Notes: generated by a model from the sequence alone, not told the origin. Shown: positions 1 to 10,051, numbered from the stretch's first letter. The stretch: DNA of 64,000 nucleotides from an uncultured SAR86 cluster bacterium (GCA_902520725.1 CABYPB010000003.1:9911-73910), one strand, 5' to 3'. Numbers and translations are program-made.

Positions 1-244
1 ATTCAGATAATCTATAGATAAGATGTTCAGTATATTCAAATAAAAGAGGATCAGATATTAATGGCGCCTGCGAATATATTTGTTCGAGAAACATCTCTCC
101 AATTGCTTTTTCTTGAGCAGCAGAAACAGCTCCTGAAACTCTGTCACCAAGCTCAGGTAAAATAATTTCATTTGATGTTCCATCCTGACCATTAACATTA
201 ACAGTTAAAATGAGAACATTGATTATGCAAAGAAAAATTTTCAT
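1..244 (-). CDS. bepA: Beta-barrel assembly-enhancing protease BepA/YfgC, N-terminal fragment (gene continues beyond window start)
   Basis: Manual reverse translation from ATG (complement of 242-244): MKIFLCIINVLILTVNVNGQDGTSNEIILPELGDRVSGAVSAAQEKAIGEMFLEQIYSQAPLISDPLLFEYTEHLIYRLSE. It has a signal peptide plus the LPxxG...APLIxDPLL block recalled from E. coli BepA. It is divergent from perM as in E. coli. It is absent from the ORF track because it is truncated. Confidence 0.7.
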   Translation of the reverse strand, partial: MKIFLCIINVLILTVNVNGQDGTSNEIILPELGDRVSGAVSAAQEKAIGEMFLEQIYSQAPLISDPLLFEYTEHLIYRLSE

Positions 245-362
245 TTTTATAGTATTTATTAATTTTAACTTAGAACAATAAAATCCAAAGAAAGTTTATT
301 ATTTATAATCAATATACCTGATTAGCAATTTTCTGTTAAATCTTATATATAATGTGTAAGTA

Positions 363-1436
363 ATGATAAAACATTTGAACAATTTCTTTAAACGAATATT
401 TAATAATGAAGAAACAGTAATTTTTTCATTAATTATTCTATTTAGTCTAATTATTTTTAGCTTTTTTATTGAAGTGTTAACACCATTTATTATAAGCATA
501 ATAGTTGCATATTTATTGGTTGGTCTTCAAAAGAAGATTGAGTCATATAATATTTCTGAATCACTTGCGATGATTCTTTCTTTTTCAATATTTATAATAA
601 TTGGTGCTGCAATGTTTACATGGTTAATTCCTTTAATTTATGTTCAACTTCAGTCTTTTGTTTTAGATATTCCAAGATTATTTAATGATTTTTTGAATTT
701 TGTTTCTACCATGCCCGCAGCATTTCCAGATCTAGTCGATTCTGATCAAATCTCAGTTTTTTTCCAAGCAGTTTCGTCTGAGTTGACTTCAATAACTCAA
801 AATTTAGTAAATTCATCAATTGCAGGAATTCAAAGCACCATAACAGTACTTTTATACATTATGCTATTTCCAATATTGGTATACTTTTTTTTATTTGATA
901 GAAAAAATATCATTGAGGGATGTTTAAAGATTATTCCTGGTGACAGAGCTATGCTGACTCAAGTTTGGTCAGAAATGGATGTGCAATTGAGTAATTATGT
1001 TAGAGGAAAAGTTTTTGAGATAGTTATTGTTGGAATTGCTGCAGCATTATTATTTGCTTCTTTTGGCCTTAATTATGGTGCTCTGCTTGCAGTTTTAGTT
1101 GGGTTGTCTGTACTTATTCCTTTTGTTGGCGCATTTTCTGTAACTATCCCAATAGTCATTATAGGCCTTCTTCAATTTGGACTTGGAACACAATTTTATT
1201 TACTAATTGGTTTATATTTATTACTTCAATTTATTGATGGAAATTTATTAGTACCGTTAATTTTTTCTGAGGCTGTAAAACTTCATCCAATTGTAATCAT
1301 TCTTGCAGTATTTATTTTTGGAAGCATGTTTGGATTTTGGGGTGTATTTTTCTCTATACCATTAGCAACTTTTATTAAAGCTGTATGGAATTCATGGCCA
1401 GGCATGTCATCATCCTCAGTAAGCAATGATCAATAA
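363..1436 (+). CDS. perM: AI-2E family transporter / PerM-type permease (multi-pass membrane protein)
   Basis: 357 aa, highly hydrophobic with about 8 TM segments, and the typical AI-2E C-terminal FGFWGVFFSIPLA block. The bepA-divergent position is as in E. coli yfgO/perM. Confidence 0.7.
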   Translation: MIKHLNNFFKRIFNNEETVIFSLIILFSLIIFSFFIEVLTPFIISIIVAYLLVGLQKKIESYNISESLAMILSFSIFIIIGAAMFTWLIPLIYVQLQSFVLDIPRLFNDFLNFVSTMPAAFPDLVDSDQISVFFQAVSSELTSITQNLVNSSIAGIQSTITVLLYIMLFPILVYFFLFDRKNIIEGCLKIIPGDRAMLTQVWSEMDVQLSNYVRGKVFEIVIVGIAAALLFASFGLNYGALLAVLVGLSVLIPFVGAFSVTIPIVIIGLLQFGLGTQFYLLIGLYLLLQFIDGNLLVPLIFSEAVKLHPIVIILAVFIFGSMFGFWGVFFSIPLATFIKAVWNSWPGMSSSSVSNDQ

Positions 1437-2385
1437 GCTTTGGTTTGCATTATTAATAAACTGTTCTTTTATTATGGCTAATGAAAATTATGGAATTGTG
1501 GTTCATGGAGGAGCTGGAGTTTTATCAAATCTTAGTAGTGAGCAACAGCAGATAATTGAAAAAAAGGTATCTGAGACTTTGATCTCTGCATACAAAATTC
1601 TACAAAATGGTGGGTCTAGCTTAGATGCTGTTGAATTTGCCGTATCTGAATTTGAAGATTCTCCTTTGTTCAATGCTGGAAGAGGATCAGTTTATACATC
1701 CGAAGAAGTTCAAGAAATGGATGCATCTATTATGTTTGGCCTAGACAGGTCTGCTGGAGCTGTTGCATCAGTTAAAAAAGTTAAAAATCCAATAAGATTA
1801 GCTAGGAAAGTTTTTGAAAAAACTGAACATGTTTTATTAGTTGGGGATGGAGCAGAAGCATTTGCTAAATCTATTGGAGAGCCTATAGTAGATCCAGAAT
1901 ATTTTTATTCAGAAAAAAATTTACAAAGATTAAGAAAAGTAAAAAGTAAACTTGTTCAAAATCAATTAATACAAGACAAAATTGGAACAGTTGGAGCTGT
2001 AGCGCTTGATAAGAGTGGCAATATTGCTGCAGCAACATCGACTGGGGGAATGACTAATAAAATGCCTGGTAGAATTGGAGATACTCCTATTATTGGTTCA
2101 GGTACATGGGCTCAGAATGAAATATGTGGTGTTTCTTCAACAGGACATGGAGAGTTTTTTATAAAATTTCAAATTGCTAAGGAGGTTTGCACAAGAATTG
2201 AATATTTAAATCAATCTCTAGCAGAATCTGCAACCGATGTTATTGAAGAACTCAAAAAAATTGGTGCCACTGGAGGTTTAATTGCTATCGACAAAGATGC
2301 AAATATCTCAACACCGTTCAATACAGATGGAATGATTAGAGGGAGTATTACAAATAGATCTGAATTAAATTTTGCAATTTACTAA
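1426..2385 (+). CDS. iaaA: Isoaspartyl peptidase / L-asparaginase (Ntn hydrolase, plant-type asparaginase family)
   Basis: HGGAG near the N-terminus, autocleavage/nucleophile context DKIGTVGAVALD, and GTGHGEFF. An N-terminal hydrophobic leader is present. Confidence 0.85.
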   Translation: MINKLWFALLINCSFIMANENYGIVVHGGAGVLSNLSSEQQQIIEKKVSETLISAYKILQNGGSSLDAVEFAVSEFEDSPLFNAGRGSVYTSEEVQEMDASIMFGLDRSAGAVASVKKVKNPIRLARKVFEKTEHVLLVGDGAEAFAKSIGEPIVDPEYFYSEKNLQRLRKVKSKLVQNQLIQDKIGTVGAVALDKSGNIAAATSTGGMTNKMPGRIGDTPIIGSGTWAQNEICGVSSTGHGEFFIKFQIAKEVCTRIEYLNQSLAESATDVIEELKKIGATGGLIAIDKDANISTPFNTDGMIRGSITNRSELNFAIY

Positions 2386-2849
2386 AGGTTTTTTGTTTCT
2401 TCAAGAACTTCATCTACATGACCTTTTACTTTTACCGATCTCCACTCTTTAACAACCTTACCTTCTTTGTTAATTAAAAACGTTGATCTATCAACACCCA
2501 TATATTCTCTTCCATACATAGATTTCATTTTCATTACATCAAATGATTTGCACATTTTTTCATCAGGATCTGACAAGAGTTCAAAAGGAAATAACTGTTT
2601 GAGTTTAAAATTTTCGTGGGATTTAACACTATCTCTTGAAACCCCCAATATCTCTGTATTTAACTTTTTGAAGTTTTTATAGTTATCCCTAAAATCTTGT
2701 CCTTCGGTCGTGCAGCCGGGAGTGCTGTCCTTAGGATAAAAATAAATTACCAAATTTTTACCATCAAAATCTTTATTTGAAAGCGTTAAGCCACTTGTGG
2801 AGTCCCCTTTAAAGGCAGGACATTTCTTTCCTTCAATTTTTTTTACCAT
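2382..2849 (-). CDS. bcp: Thiol peroxidase Bcp (peroxiredoxin, AhpC/TSA family)
   Basis: 155 aa with the YFYPKDSTPGCTTE peroxidatic Cys motif. Its position next to dapA is as in enterobacteria. Confidence 0.9.
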   Translation of the reverse strand: MVKKIEGKKCPAFKGDSTSGLTLSNKDFDGKNLVIYFYPKDSTPGCTTEGQDFRDNYKNFKKLNTEILGVSRDSVKSHENFKLKQLFPFELLSDPDEKMCKSFDVMKMKSMYGREYMGVDRSTFLINKEGKVVKEWRSVKVKGHVDEVLEETKNL

Positions 2850-2913
2850 TGTTTTTCCTTATGACAGTTTTTTAAAAAAATAGTGTATAGTCTTATTTTT
2901 ACTTAATTATAAA

Positions 2914-3804
2914 ATGATGCAACCTCTAAAGGGAAGTTTAGTTGCCCTGGTCACACCAATGGATCCCGATGGTGGGGTGGATTATGATTGCTTAGATAAA
3001 TTAATTGAATGGCATATAGAAGAAGGTACTAATGGAATTGTATCTGTTGGTACGACTGGAGAATCAGCGACTGTTGATTTTGATGAACATATAGACGTCA
3101 TCAGTCATACGGTAAATTATGTTGATAAAAGGATTCCAGTAATAGCTGGAACAGGTGCCAATTCGACATCAGAAGCCTTAGATTTAACATTAGAATCAAA
3201 AAAAGTTGGCGCTGATTATGCACTACTAGTAACTCCTTATTACAACAAACCAAATCAAAGAGGTTTAATACAACACTATACAAAAATAGCAGATTCTGTA
3301 GATATTCCACAAATACTATATAACGTTCCATCAAGAACAGCTTGCGATCTTCTTCCAGATACAGCAATGATTTTGTCGAATCATAAAAATATTGTTGGAA
3401 TTAAGGAGGCAGTTAATCAGACTCAAAGGTTTAAAGAACTTGTTAGAATTTCTAAGTCGAATGATACTTTTAAAGTATATTCCGGTGATGATTCTACTTT
3501 CTTACAATTCTTAAAAGAGGGTGGCCATGGTGTTATTTCTGTTGCTGCAAATGTAATACCAAAAGCAATATCTAGTATTTGTTTAGCTATTAGAGACGAA
3601 AATATTGAAGATGCTAATGAAATAAATAAAAAATACTCAGAGTTATATGACTTACTTTTTATTGAATCTAATCCCATTCCAGTGAAATGGGTCTTATATA
3701 AGATGGGTCTAATAAGAAATTCGTTACGATTACCCTTAGTAAGCCTTGATAAGAAATATGAAGAAAATATAATGTCGGAAATGTTAAAATTAAAACTATT
3801 ATGA
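2914..3804 (+). CDS. dapA: 4-hydroxy-tetrahydrodipicolinate synthase
   Basis: 296 aa with GSLVALVTPM, VGTTGES and Schiff-base Lys context GIKEA. dapA-bamC-purC synteny. Confidence 0.95.
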   Translation: MMQPLKGSLVALVTPMDPDGGVDYDCLDKLIEWHIEEGTNGIVSVGTTGESATVDFDEHIDVISHTVNYVDKRIPVIAGTGANSTSEALDLTLESKKVGADYALLVTPYYNKPNQRGLIQHYTKIADSVDIPQILYNVPSRTACDLLPDTAMILSNHKNIVGIKEAVNQTQRFKELVRISKSNDTFKVYSGDDSTFLQFLKEGGHGVISVAANVIPKAISSICLAIRDENIEDANEINKKYSELYDLLFIESNPIPVKWVLYKMGLIRNSLRLPLVSLDKKYEENIMSEMLKLKLL

Positions 3805-4787
3805 AAAATCTTTTTTCGCTTTTTATTCTAATCCTAGGATTAAGTTCTTGTTCAACAATTAGTGGGCCAGATGGATATTTCCCTGATACAAAATATGATT
3901 TTCTTGAAGAAGAGATTGAAGAAAACATTGCGTTACCGAGCTCTCTTTCAGAACCTAAATCAGAGAATCATTACCCTGTAATAAATCTAGAAAATTTTGA
4001 TAATATTCTTGAAGTTCCAAAACCTAGACAAATATTTGCATCTTCTGGAAATAGCAGTGTTCAGCTTAGAAGGCTTGGCGAATTAATGTGGATATACATA
4101 GAAACTTTGCCATCAACCTCTTGGCCAATATCAAAGAACTACTGGGACACATCTAAATATCAGGTTATGAGTGCTGATCCTATATCTGGTGAAATTGAAA
4201 TTGATTTTGATTTGGAAACAAAACTACAGATGAAAGTTGAGCATGGTATAAAAGAGGCTTCAACAGAAATATTCTTATATCAAGTAAATAAGGGCAATGG
4301 AAACATTCAGAGCAATCCTGAATTTGTTCAATCGGAGCTTGAGAAAATTGTAGAGTATTTTGCAGAATCAATTAATAATTTCTCAGGAACGTCATTAGCA
4401 GCTCAAAATCTAAATGAAATGAAAAAAGCTAATATATTTACTGAAAATGGAAAAACGGTTATTTCTCTTGATCTAAATTTTGACCGTGCTTGGTCATCAG
4501 TTAGTAGAGCTCTCATAGCAGCTAATATAATAACTAATGATAGAGACAGGACTAATGGCATATTCTTTGTAAGTTACGCAAAAGAGGAAGAAAGAGGTTT
4601 ATTTGGTTTATTTGGAGGAAGATCCAATAGCGAAAATCCTGGAGATATAGTTCTTGGTGAAGAATCACAGTTCGAAATAACAATAATAGAAGAGAATGGA
4701 AAAAGTTTTGTAAGAGCAATTTCAAAAGATGGTAATATTGAAGATTCAGAACAACTTTTATCAAAAATTAACGAGTCTTTAAGCTAA
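3801..4787 (+). CDS. bamC: Outer membrane assembly lipoprotein BamC (NlpB)
   Basis: Lipobox LGLSSCS. Blocks SWPISKNYWDTSKYQV and FDRAWSSVSRALIAANIITNDRDRTNGIFFVSY parallel E. coli BamC (LWPQVVSVL..., [21 protein letters not shown]...). Conserved position between dapA and purC. Confidence 0.75.
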   Translation: MKNLFSLFILILGLSSCSTISGPDGYFPDTKYDFLEEEIEENIALPSSLSEPKSENHYPVINLENFDNILEVPKPRQIFASSGNSSVQLRRLGELMWIYIETLPSTSWPISKNYWDTSKYQVMSADPISGEIEIDFDLETKLQMKVEHGIKEASTEIFLYQVNKGNGNIQSNPEFVQSELEKIVEYFAESINNFSGTSLAAQNLNEMKKANIFTENGKTVISLDLNFDRAWSSVSRALIAANIITNDRDRTNGIFFVSYAKEEERGLFGLFGGRSNSENPGDIVLGEESQFEITIIEENGKSFVRAISKDGNIEDSEQLLSKINESLS

Positions 4788-5503
4788 TGAAAAAAATAAA
4801 TGAAATAACAAAAGGTAAAGCAAAGTCAATGTTTACCACTGATAATGAAGATCAACTAATAATGCATTTTAGTGATGACACTTCTGCTTTTGACGGAAAA
4901 AAGAAGGAAGCGCTTCTAGGAAAAGGAGCTGTTAATAATCAATTTAATGCTTTTATTATGGAGCACTTAAAAGAAAATGGAGTTGAAACTCATTTGATTG
5001 AAATGATCGATAGCACAGATTCACTTGTTTATAAGCTTGATATGTTTCCTATCGAATGTGTTATACGAAATAGGGCTTCTGGTTCAATTTGCAAAAGACT
5101 AGGAACTGAGGATGGGCTTGTCCTTGATAGTCCTTTATTTGAATTTTTTTTAAAAGATGATGACTTAGGCGATCCATTAATAAATGATGAGCATATTCTT
5201 TCATTTGGTTGGGCTAATATGAATCAAATAAAAGAAATGAAGAAACAAACATACAAAGTTAATGAAGTACTTTCAAAACTTTTTCTTGAGTCAGGTCTTA
5301 TATTGGTAGACTTTAAGGTCGAGTATGGTGTTTACAATGGAAAAATCATTCTAGCTGATGAATTCACTCCAGATGGTTGTAGATTATGGGATTCACAAAC
5401 CATGAAAAAAATGGATAAAGATCGTTTTAGACAAGGTTTGGGTGATGTTGTTGAGTCATATCATAAAGTAGCAGACAGATTAGGAATGAATATAGAAACT
5501 TGA
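4787..5503 (+). CDS. purC: Phosphoribosylaminoimidazole-succinocarboxamide synthase (SAICAR synthetase)
   Basis: 238 aa with GKAKSMFTTDN, DDTSAFDG, IECVIRN and DGCRLWD, typical of short bacterial PurC. Confidence 0.95.
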   Translation: MKKINEITKGKAKSMFTTDNEDQLIMHFSDDTSAFDGKKKEALLGKGAVNNQFNAFIMEHLKENGVETHLIEMIDSTDSLVYKLDMFPIECVIRNRASGSICKRLGTEDGLVLDSPLFEFFLKDDDLGDPLINDEHILSFGWANMNQIKEMKKQTYKVNEVLSKLFLESGLILVDFKVEYGVYNGKIILADEFTPDGCRLWDSQTMKKMDKDRFRQGLGDVVESYHKVADRLGMNIET

Positions 5504-5520
5504 CTAAATTAGTCAGGTAT
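5496..5520 (+). promoter_or_regulatory. IscR type-1 binding site
   Basis: AAACTTGACTAAATTAGTCAGGTAT matches 24 of 25 positions of the published type-1 motif ATASYYGACTRWWWYAGTCRRSTAT (recalled). The core TGACTAAATTAGTCA is a near-perfect palindrome, located 14 nt upstream of iscR. Confidence 0.6.
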
Positions 5521-5527
5521 TTATAAT
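5500..5527 (+). promoter_or_regulatory. Putative sigma70 promoter of the isc operon (-35 TTGACT, 16-nt spacer, -10 TATAAT)
   Basis: TTGACT at 5500-5505 and TATAAT at 5522-5527. It overlaps the purC stop codon and the IscR box. The -10 element ends 6 nt before the iscR GTG. Confidence 0.4.
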
Positions 5528-5533
5528 CGGCAC

Positions 5534-5968
5534 GTGAGATTAACGACAAAAAGCAGATATGCTGTTAGCGCACTTACTGAATTGAGCTTTTTGCAATCTT
5601 CTGGACCGGTATCTTTAAGTGATATTTCTCTAAATCAAAATATAGAAATCACTTATTTAGAACAAATCTTCAGAAAGCTTCGAATAGCTGGAATTGTAAA
5701 AAGTATTAGAGGAAGAAACGGTGGATATTTATACGCCAAAGATCCTGCTAATATTTCGATTAAAGAAGTAATGCATGCAGTTGATGAAGTTCTAGATGCA
5801 ACTAAATGCAATGGTACTTCAGCATGCCATAATGGTAAAAAATGTAGCACGCATGACTTATGGCATGAGCTTAATGTCTTAGTTGATGATTATTTAGATA
5901 AAATTACTATAAATAATCTTGTAGAAACAAATAAAAGCCCCAATATAGTGGTTAGAGAGATAAATTAG
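5534..5968 (+). CDS. iscR: Fe-S cluster assembly transcriptional regulator IscR (Rrf2 family)
   Basis: [14 protein letters not shown] matches the E. coli IscR N-terminus (MRLTSKGRYAV). Rrf2 wHTH and cluster ligands [19 protein letters not shown] start with no SD. Confidence 0.9.
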   Translation: MRLTTKSRYAVSALTELSFLQSSGPVSLSDISLNQNIEITYLEQIFRKLRIAGIVKSIRGRNGGYLYAKDPANISIKEVMHAVDEVLDATKCNGTSACHNGKKCSTHDLWHELNVLVDDYLDKITINNLVETNKSPNIVVREIN

Positions 5969-7189
5969 ATGAGCACACAATCGACAATATATTTAGACTA
6001 CGCATCTACAACTCCTGTGGACCCAAGAGTTGCAACAAAGATGATGGAATTTCTTACTCCTGAAGGTGAGTTTGGTAATCCAGCATCTAGATCTCATAGG
6101 TTTGGATGGAAAGCAGACGAGGCTGTTGAGGAAGCAAGATCGCACGTGGCAAATCTTGTTAACTGCGATCCAAGAGAAATAGTGTGGACTTCTGGAGCTA
6201 CAGAGGCAGATAACTTAGCTATTAAAGGTGTTGCTAGATTCTACAAATCTAAAGGTAATCATATAATTACTTCAAAAATTGAACACAAAGCTGTGCTTGA
6301 TCCATGTAGGCAACTAGAAAGAGAAGGTTTTGAAGTCACGTATTTAGATCCAGATGAGGGAGGAATTATAAGTCCCGAAGCTGTTGAATCTGCAATGAAG
6401 GACACAACAATCCTAGTATCTATAATGCATATCAATAATGAATTAGGTACAGTAAATGATCTCGTTAAGATTGGTAATATATGTAGAAAAAATGATGCCT
6501 TTTTTCATGTAGATGCTGCGCAAAGTACAGGAAAAACTAAGATTGATTTGGAAAATATTCCAGTTGATTTAATGTCTTTTTCTGCCCATAAGACATATGG
6601 ACCAAAGGGTATTGGTGCTCTTTATGTAAGAAGAAAGCCAAGAGTAAGATTGGAAGCGTTAATTCATGGTGGCGGCCATGAAAGAGGCATGAGGTCCGGA
6701 ACTTTAGCTACACATCAAATTGTTGGAATGGGTGAAGCCTTTCGTTTGGCTCAAGAGGAAATGAAAAACGATCATTCCAAAGTATCTGCATTTCATGAAA
6801 AGTTTCTAGAAAAAGTTAAAGAAATAGATCATGTTTATATTAACGGAGATATAAACAATAAAGTCCCTAATATTCTTAATGTAAGTTTTAATTTTGTCGA
6901 AGGAGAGTCATTAATCATGGGTCTTAAAGATATAGCAGTTTCTTCTGGTTCAGCTTGCACTTCTGCGAGTCTTGAGCCGTCATATGTTTTAAGAGCATTA
7001 GGGAGAAAAGATGAACTAGCTCATAGCTCAATTAGATTTTCGTTCGGAAGATTTACTAGTGATGAAGATGTAAATAACACTTTAGATATACTAGGAAATG
7101 TAGTTGATAGATTAAGAGAACTTTCACCCTTGTGGGAAATGCATCTTGATGGAATTGATTTAGATACAGTTGAATGGAGCACGCACTAG
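5969..7189 (+). CDS. iscS: Cysteine desulfurase IscS
   Basis: 406 aa with the PLP lysine context [12 protein letters not shown], the active-site loop SSGSACTS, and the C-terminal LSPLWEM. Confidence 0.97.
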   Translation: MSTQSTIYLDYASTTPVDPRVATKMMEFLTPEGEFGNPASRSHRFGWKADEAVEEARSHVANLVNCDPREIVWTSGATEADNLAIKGVARFYKSKGNHIITSKIEHKAVLDPCRQLEREGFEVTYLDPDEGGIISPEAVESAMKDTTILVSIMHINNELGTVNDLVKIGNICRKNDAFFHVDAAQSTGKTKIDLENIPVDLMSFSAHKTYGPKGIGALYVRRKPRVRLEALIHGGGHERGMRSGTLATHQIVGMGEAFRLAQEEMKNDHSKVSAFHEKFLEKVKEIDHVYINGDINNKVPNILNVSFNFVEGESLIMGLKDIAVSSGSACTSASLEPSYVLRALGRKDELAHSSIRFSFGRFTSDEDVNNTLDILGNVVDRLRELSPLWEMHLDGIDLDTVEWSTH

Positions 7190-7198
7190 GAGTAACAA

Positions 7199-7603
7199 AT
7201 GGCTTATAGCAGAAAAGTTGTAGAAAAATTTGAGAATACATTAAACAACCCAGAGGCATTTAAGGTTGGTAAGTTTGATCCAAAAGAAACCAATGTTGGA
7301 ACAGGAATGGTTGGAGCGCCGGCCTGTGGAGATGTCATGAAGCTTCAAATAAAATGTGAGGCCAAAGGAAATACTCATGTTATTAAAGATGTAAAATTTA
7401 AAACATATGGATGTGGTTCAGCTATTGCATCTTCAAGTGAATTGGTAGAAATGTTGATTGGAAAAACTCTAGAAGAAGCTAAAGCTATTAAAAATATTGA
7501 AATTGTAAATGCATTAGAACTTCCTCCAATAAAGATTCACTGTTCTGTGCTAGCAGAAGATTCAATTAAGCAAGCAATAGAAGATTACGAAGCAAAACAA
7601 TAA
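7199..7603 (+). CDS. iscU: Fe-S cluster scaffold IscU
   Basis: GAPACGD, YGCGSAIASS, IHCSVLAED and an LPPIK (LPPVK-type) chaperone-recognition motif. Confidence 0.97.
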   Translation: MAYSRKVVEKFENTLNNPEAFKVGKFDPKETNVGTGMVGAPACGDVMKLQIKCEAKGNTHVIKDVKFKTYGCGSAIASSSELVEMLIGKTLEEAKAIKNIEIVNALELPPIKIHCSVLAEDSIKQAIEDYEAKQ

Positions 7604-7609
7604 TCTAGA

Positions 7610-7951
7610 ATGGATACTTTTAACTCATCAGATCTTAATTTCTCTGACAGTGCCATCGAGCACTTTTCAAAAGTTCTTATCGATAGAGGAGCAGGTGAAG
7701 GGGTTAAATTAGGAGTTAAAGAGGCAGGATGTTCTGGATATGAATATACCTTTGATTTTGTTGATGAAGTTATTGACGATTTCATTAGTTTTGAAAAAAA
7801 AGGATGTAAAATATTTGTTGATGCAAAAAGCTTTAATTTTTTAAAAGGCAGTCTTGTCGACTATCAAGATGATGGTTTAAATAAAGGAATTAAGATTATT
7901 AATCCTAATGCTAAAGCAGTCTGTGGTTGTGGCGAAAGTTTTACACTTTAA
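7610..7951 (+). CDS. iscA: Iron-sulfur cluster insertion/A-type carrier IscA
   Basis: 113 aa with GCSGYEY and the C-terminal CGCGESF. Confidence 0.9.
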   Translation: MDTFNSSDLNFSDSAIEHFSKVLIDRGAGEGVKLGVKEAGCSGYEYTFDFVDEVIDDFISFEKKGCKIFVDAKSFNFLKGSLVDYQDDGLNKGIKIINPNAKAVCGCGESFTL

Positions 7952-7954
7952 GTT

Positions 7955-8296
7955 ATGGCAAAAATAAAGATATGGCCTCATGAGGAAATATGCCCTAATG
8001 GAGCCGAAATTACCTCTCTTCCTGATGAGACTATTTGTGAAGCTGCTTTAAGAAATCATATTAAAATAGAACATGCTTGCGAAATGTCAGCTGCATGCAC
8101 AACATGTCACTGTATAGTCAGAAAAGGTTTTGAAACATTGGATGAAGCTAGTGATATCGAGGAAGATTTATTAGATAAAGCCTGGGGACTTGAACAAACT
8201 TCGAGGCTCAGCTGCCAAGCGATACCTCCTGAAAACGAAGATATAGAGATAGAATTACCAAAATATAATATTAATATGGTTTCCGAGGATCATTGA
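7955..8296 (+). CDS. fdx: ISC-type [2Fe-2S] ferredoxin
   Basis: 113 aa with CEMSAACTTCHC plus SRLSCQ, the adrenodoxin-like ligand pattern. Located directly after iscA. Confidence 0.9.
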   Translation: MAKIKIWPHEEICPNGAEITSLPDETICEAALRNHIKIEHACEMSAACTTCHCIVRKGFETLDEASDIEEDLLDKAWGLEQTSRLSCQAIPPENEDIEIELPKYNINMVSEDH

Positions 8297-8505
8297 TGGA
8301 GACAGAAAAAATTAATTGGATAGACGTCTTAGAAATTGCTATACAGTTAAATGAAAAATTTCCAGAAATCGATCCTCAATGGATAAGTTTTCCTGATTTA
8401 CATAAAAAAGTTAACGAACTAAATAACTTTATTGGCGATCCTAATAAATCCAACGAAAAAATTCTTGAAGCTATCCAAATGCATTGGATAGAAGAATACG
8501 AATAA
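8293..8505 (+). CDS. iscX: Fe-S assembly protein IscX (YfhJ)
   Basis: 70 aa, acidic, with W-rich ends (INWIDVLEIA ... IQMHWIEEYE). Conserved position after fdx. Confidence 0.8.
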   Translation: MMETEKINWIDVLEIAIQLNEKFPEIDPQWISFPDLHKKVNELNNFIGDPNKSNEKILEAIQMHWIEEYE

Positions 8506-8541
8506 CTCTAATATAATACGCAATAAATTTAGGACATAATC

Positions 8542-8967
8542 ATGGCTATTGAAAGAACATTATCAATTATAAAACCTGATGCAGTAGGAAAAAATATTAT
8601 TGGAAAAATTATATCTAGATTTGAAGATAATGGTCTTTGCGTAGTTGCTGGAAAATTAATTCATCTTAATGATGAAATGGCATCTGGTTTTTATGCGGAA
8701 CATGATGGAAAACCTTTTTTTGATGCTCTAAAGAGCTTTATGACTTCTGGACCGGTTTTTGTTCAAGTTCTTCAAGGTGAGGACGCAATTCATAAAAATA
8801 GAGAATTAATGGGTGCAACAAATCCTCAAGAAGCTTCAGCAGGAACAATAAGGGCTGATTTTGCACAAAGCATTGATGCAAATGCTGTTCATGGCTCAGA
8901 TTCAGCTGAAAGTGCAATAAGGGAGATTGAGTATTTCTTTTCATCTGAAGAAATATTGAATAAGTAA
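8542..8967 (+). CDS. ndk: Nucleoside diphosphate kinase
   Basis: [12 protein letters not shown], and NAVHGSDS with the active-site His. Confidence 0.97.
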   Translation: MAIERTLSIIKPDAVGKNIIGKIISRFEDNGLCVVAGKLIHLNDEMASGFYAEHDGKPFFDALKSFMTSGPVFVQVLQGEDAIHKNRELMGATNPQEASAGTIRADFAQSIDANAVHGSDSAESAIREIEYFFSSEEILNK

Positions 8968-8968
8968 A

Positions 8969-10051
8969 TTGCAGAATAAAGTCAATCTTTTAGGACACTC
9001 TCTTGAGTCACTAGAAGATTTCTTTTTAGTAAATAATGAATCAAAATTTAGAGCGAAGCAGCTTCTAAAATGGATACATCAAAAGGGAATATTAGATTTC
9101 AATTTGATGACTGATTTTAACAAAGACCTTAGAAAAAAACTTAATTCAATTGCCTATATTCAACCCCCAACAATTTCTGAAGAACATGTTTCAAAAGAAG
9201 GCACCATAAAATATCTAATACAACTTGATTCTGGTTCTATGGTTGAAATGGTAGAAATTCCTGAAAAGAAAAGAAGAACATTATGTATTTCATCGCAGGC
9301 CGGTTGTGCACTTCAATGCACTTTTTGTGCTACTGGTGCTCAAGGCTTTGAACAAAACCTTGAAAGTCATGAAATCATTGGCCAACTCTGGTTATCAAAT
9401 TTTCATAATAAGCACAATAAGCCTATTACGAACATAGTTTTTATGGGTATGGGAGAACCGCTACTCAACTTTAATCCAGTAATTGAATCAGCAAAAATTA
9501 TGAAACATCAATTAGCTTATGGATTATCTAGAAAAAGAATTACAATTAGCACATCCGGTATAGTTCCAAAAATTGAAGAGCTGTTCGATAAAATTGATGT
9601 CTCATTAGCTATTTCTCTTCATGCGCCGGATGATGAATTAAGAGATGAAATAGTTCCAATCAACAATAAATATCCTATTAAGAATTTATTAAAAGCGTGT
9701 AAAGATTATTTGAATCATTACGAAAATAAAAGAAGTATTACTATTGAATATGTTCTTATTGAAAATGTTAATGACTCTATAGAGCATGCAAAAAAATTAT
9801 CAAAACTCTTATCTTCTATGTCATGCAAGATTAACTTAATACCTTTTAATAGTTTCAAGGGCTCAAATTATAGAAGACCAACAAATAAAAAAATTAAATT
9901 ATTTAAAGATTATCTAATGAATAAAGGCTTTATAACAACCTTAAGAATCACTCGGGGTGATGAAGTTGATGGAGCTTGTGGACAACTAGTTGGAAATTTA
10001 AGCAATTCAATAAAAGGGAAGCATTTAATATCACATAAATCAATACAATGA
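8969..10051 (+). CDS. rlmN: 23S rRNA/tRNA A2503/A37 C2-methyltransferase RlmN (radical SAM)
   Basis: FRAKQLLKWIH, radical-SAM motif CALQCTFCATG, and MGMGEPL. TTG start. Confidence 0.9.
   Translation: MQNKVNLLGHSLESLEDFFLVNNESKFRAKQLLKWIHQKGILDFNLMTDFNKDLRKKLNSIAYIQPPTISEEHVSKEGTIKYLIQLDSGSMVEMVEIPEKKRRTLCISSQAGCALQCTFCATGAQGFEQNLESHEIIGQLWLSNFHNKHNKPITNIVFMGMGEPLLNFNPVIESAKIMKHQLAYGLSRKRITISTSGIVPKIEELFDKIDVSLAISLHAPDDELRDEIVPINNKYPIKNLLKACKDYLNHYENKRSITIEYVLIENVNDSIEHAKKLSKLLSSMSCKINLIPFNSFKGSNYRRPTNKKIKLFKDYLMNKGFITTLRITRGDEVDGACGQLVGNLSNSIKGKHLISHKSIQ

Noticed and set aside
299-499. 66-aa minus-strand ORF overlapping the perM start, and other short alternate-frame ORFs (e.g. 2467-2682, 17539-17736, 47893-48090, 50467-50652)
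   Set aside because: They are embedded in or antisense to well-supported genes, with Ile/Leu/Lys-rich composition expected from AT-rich DNA and no homology signal.
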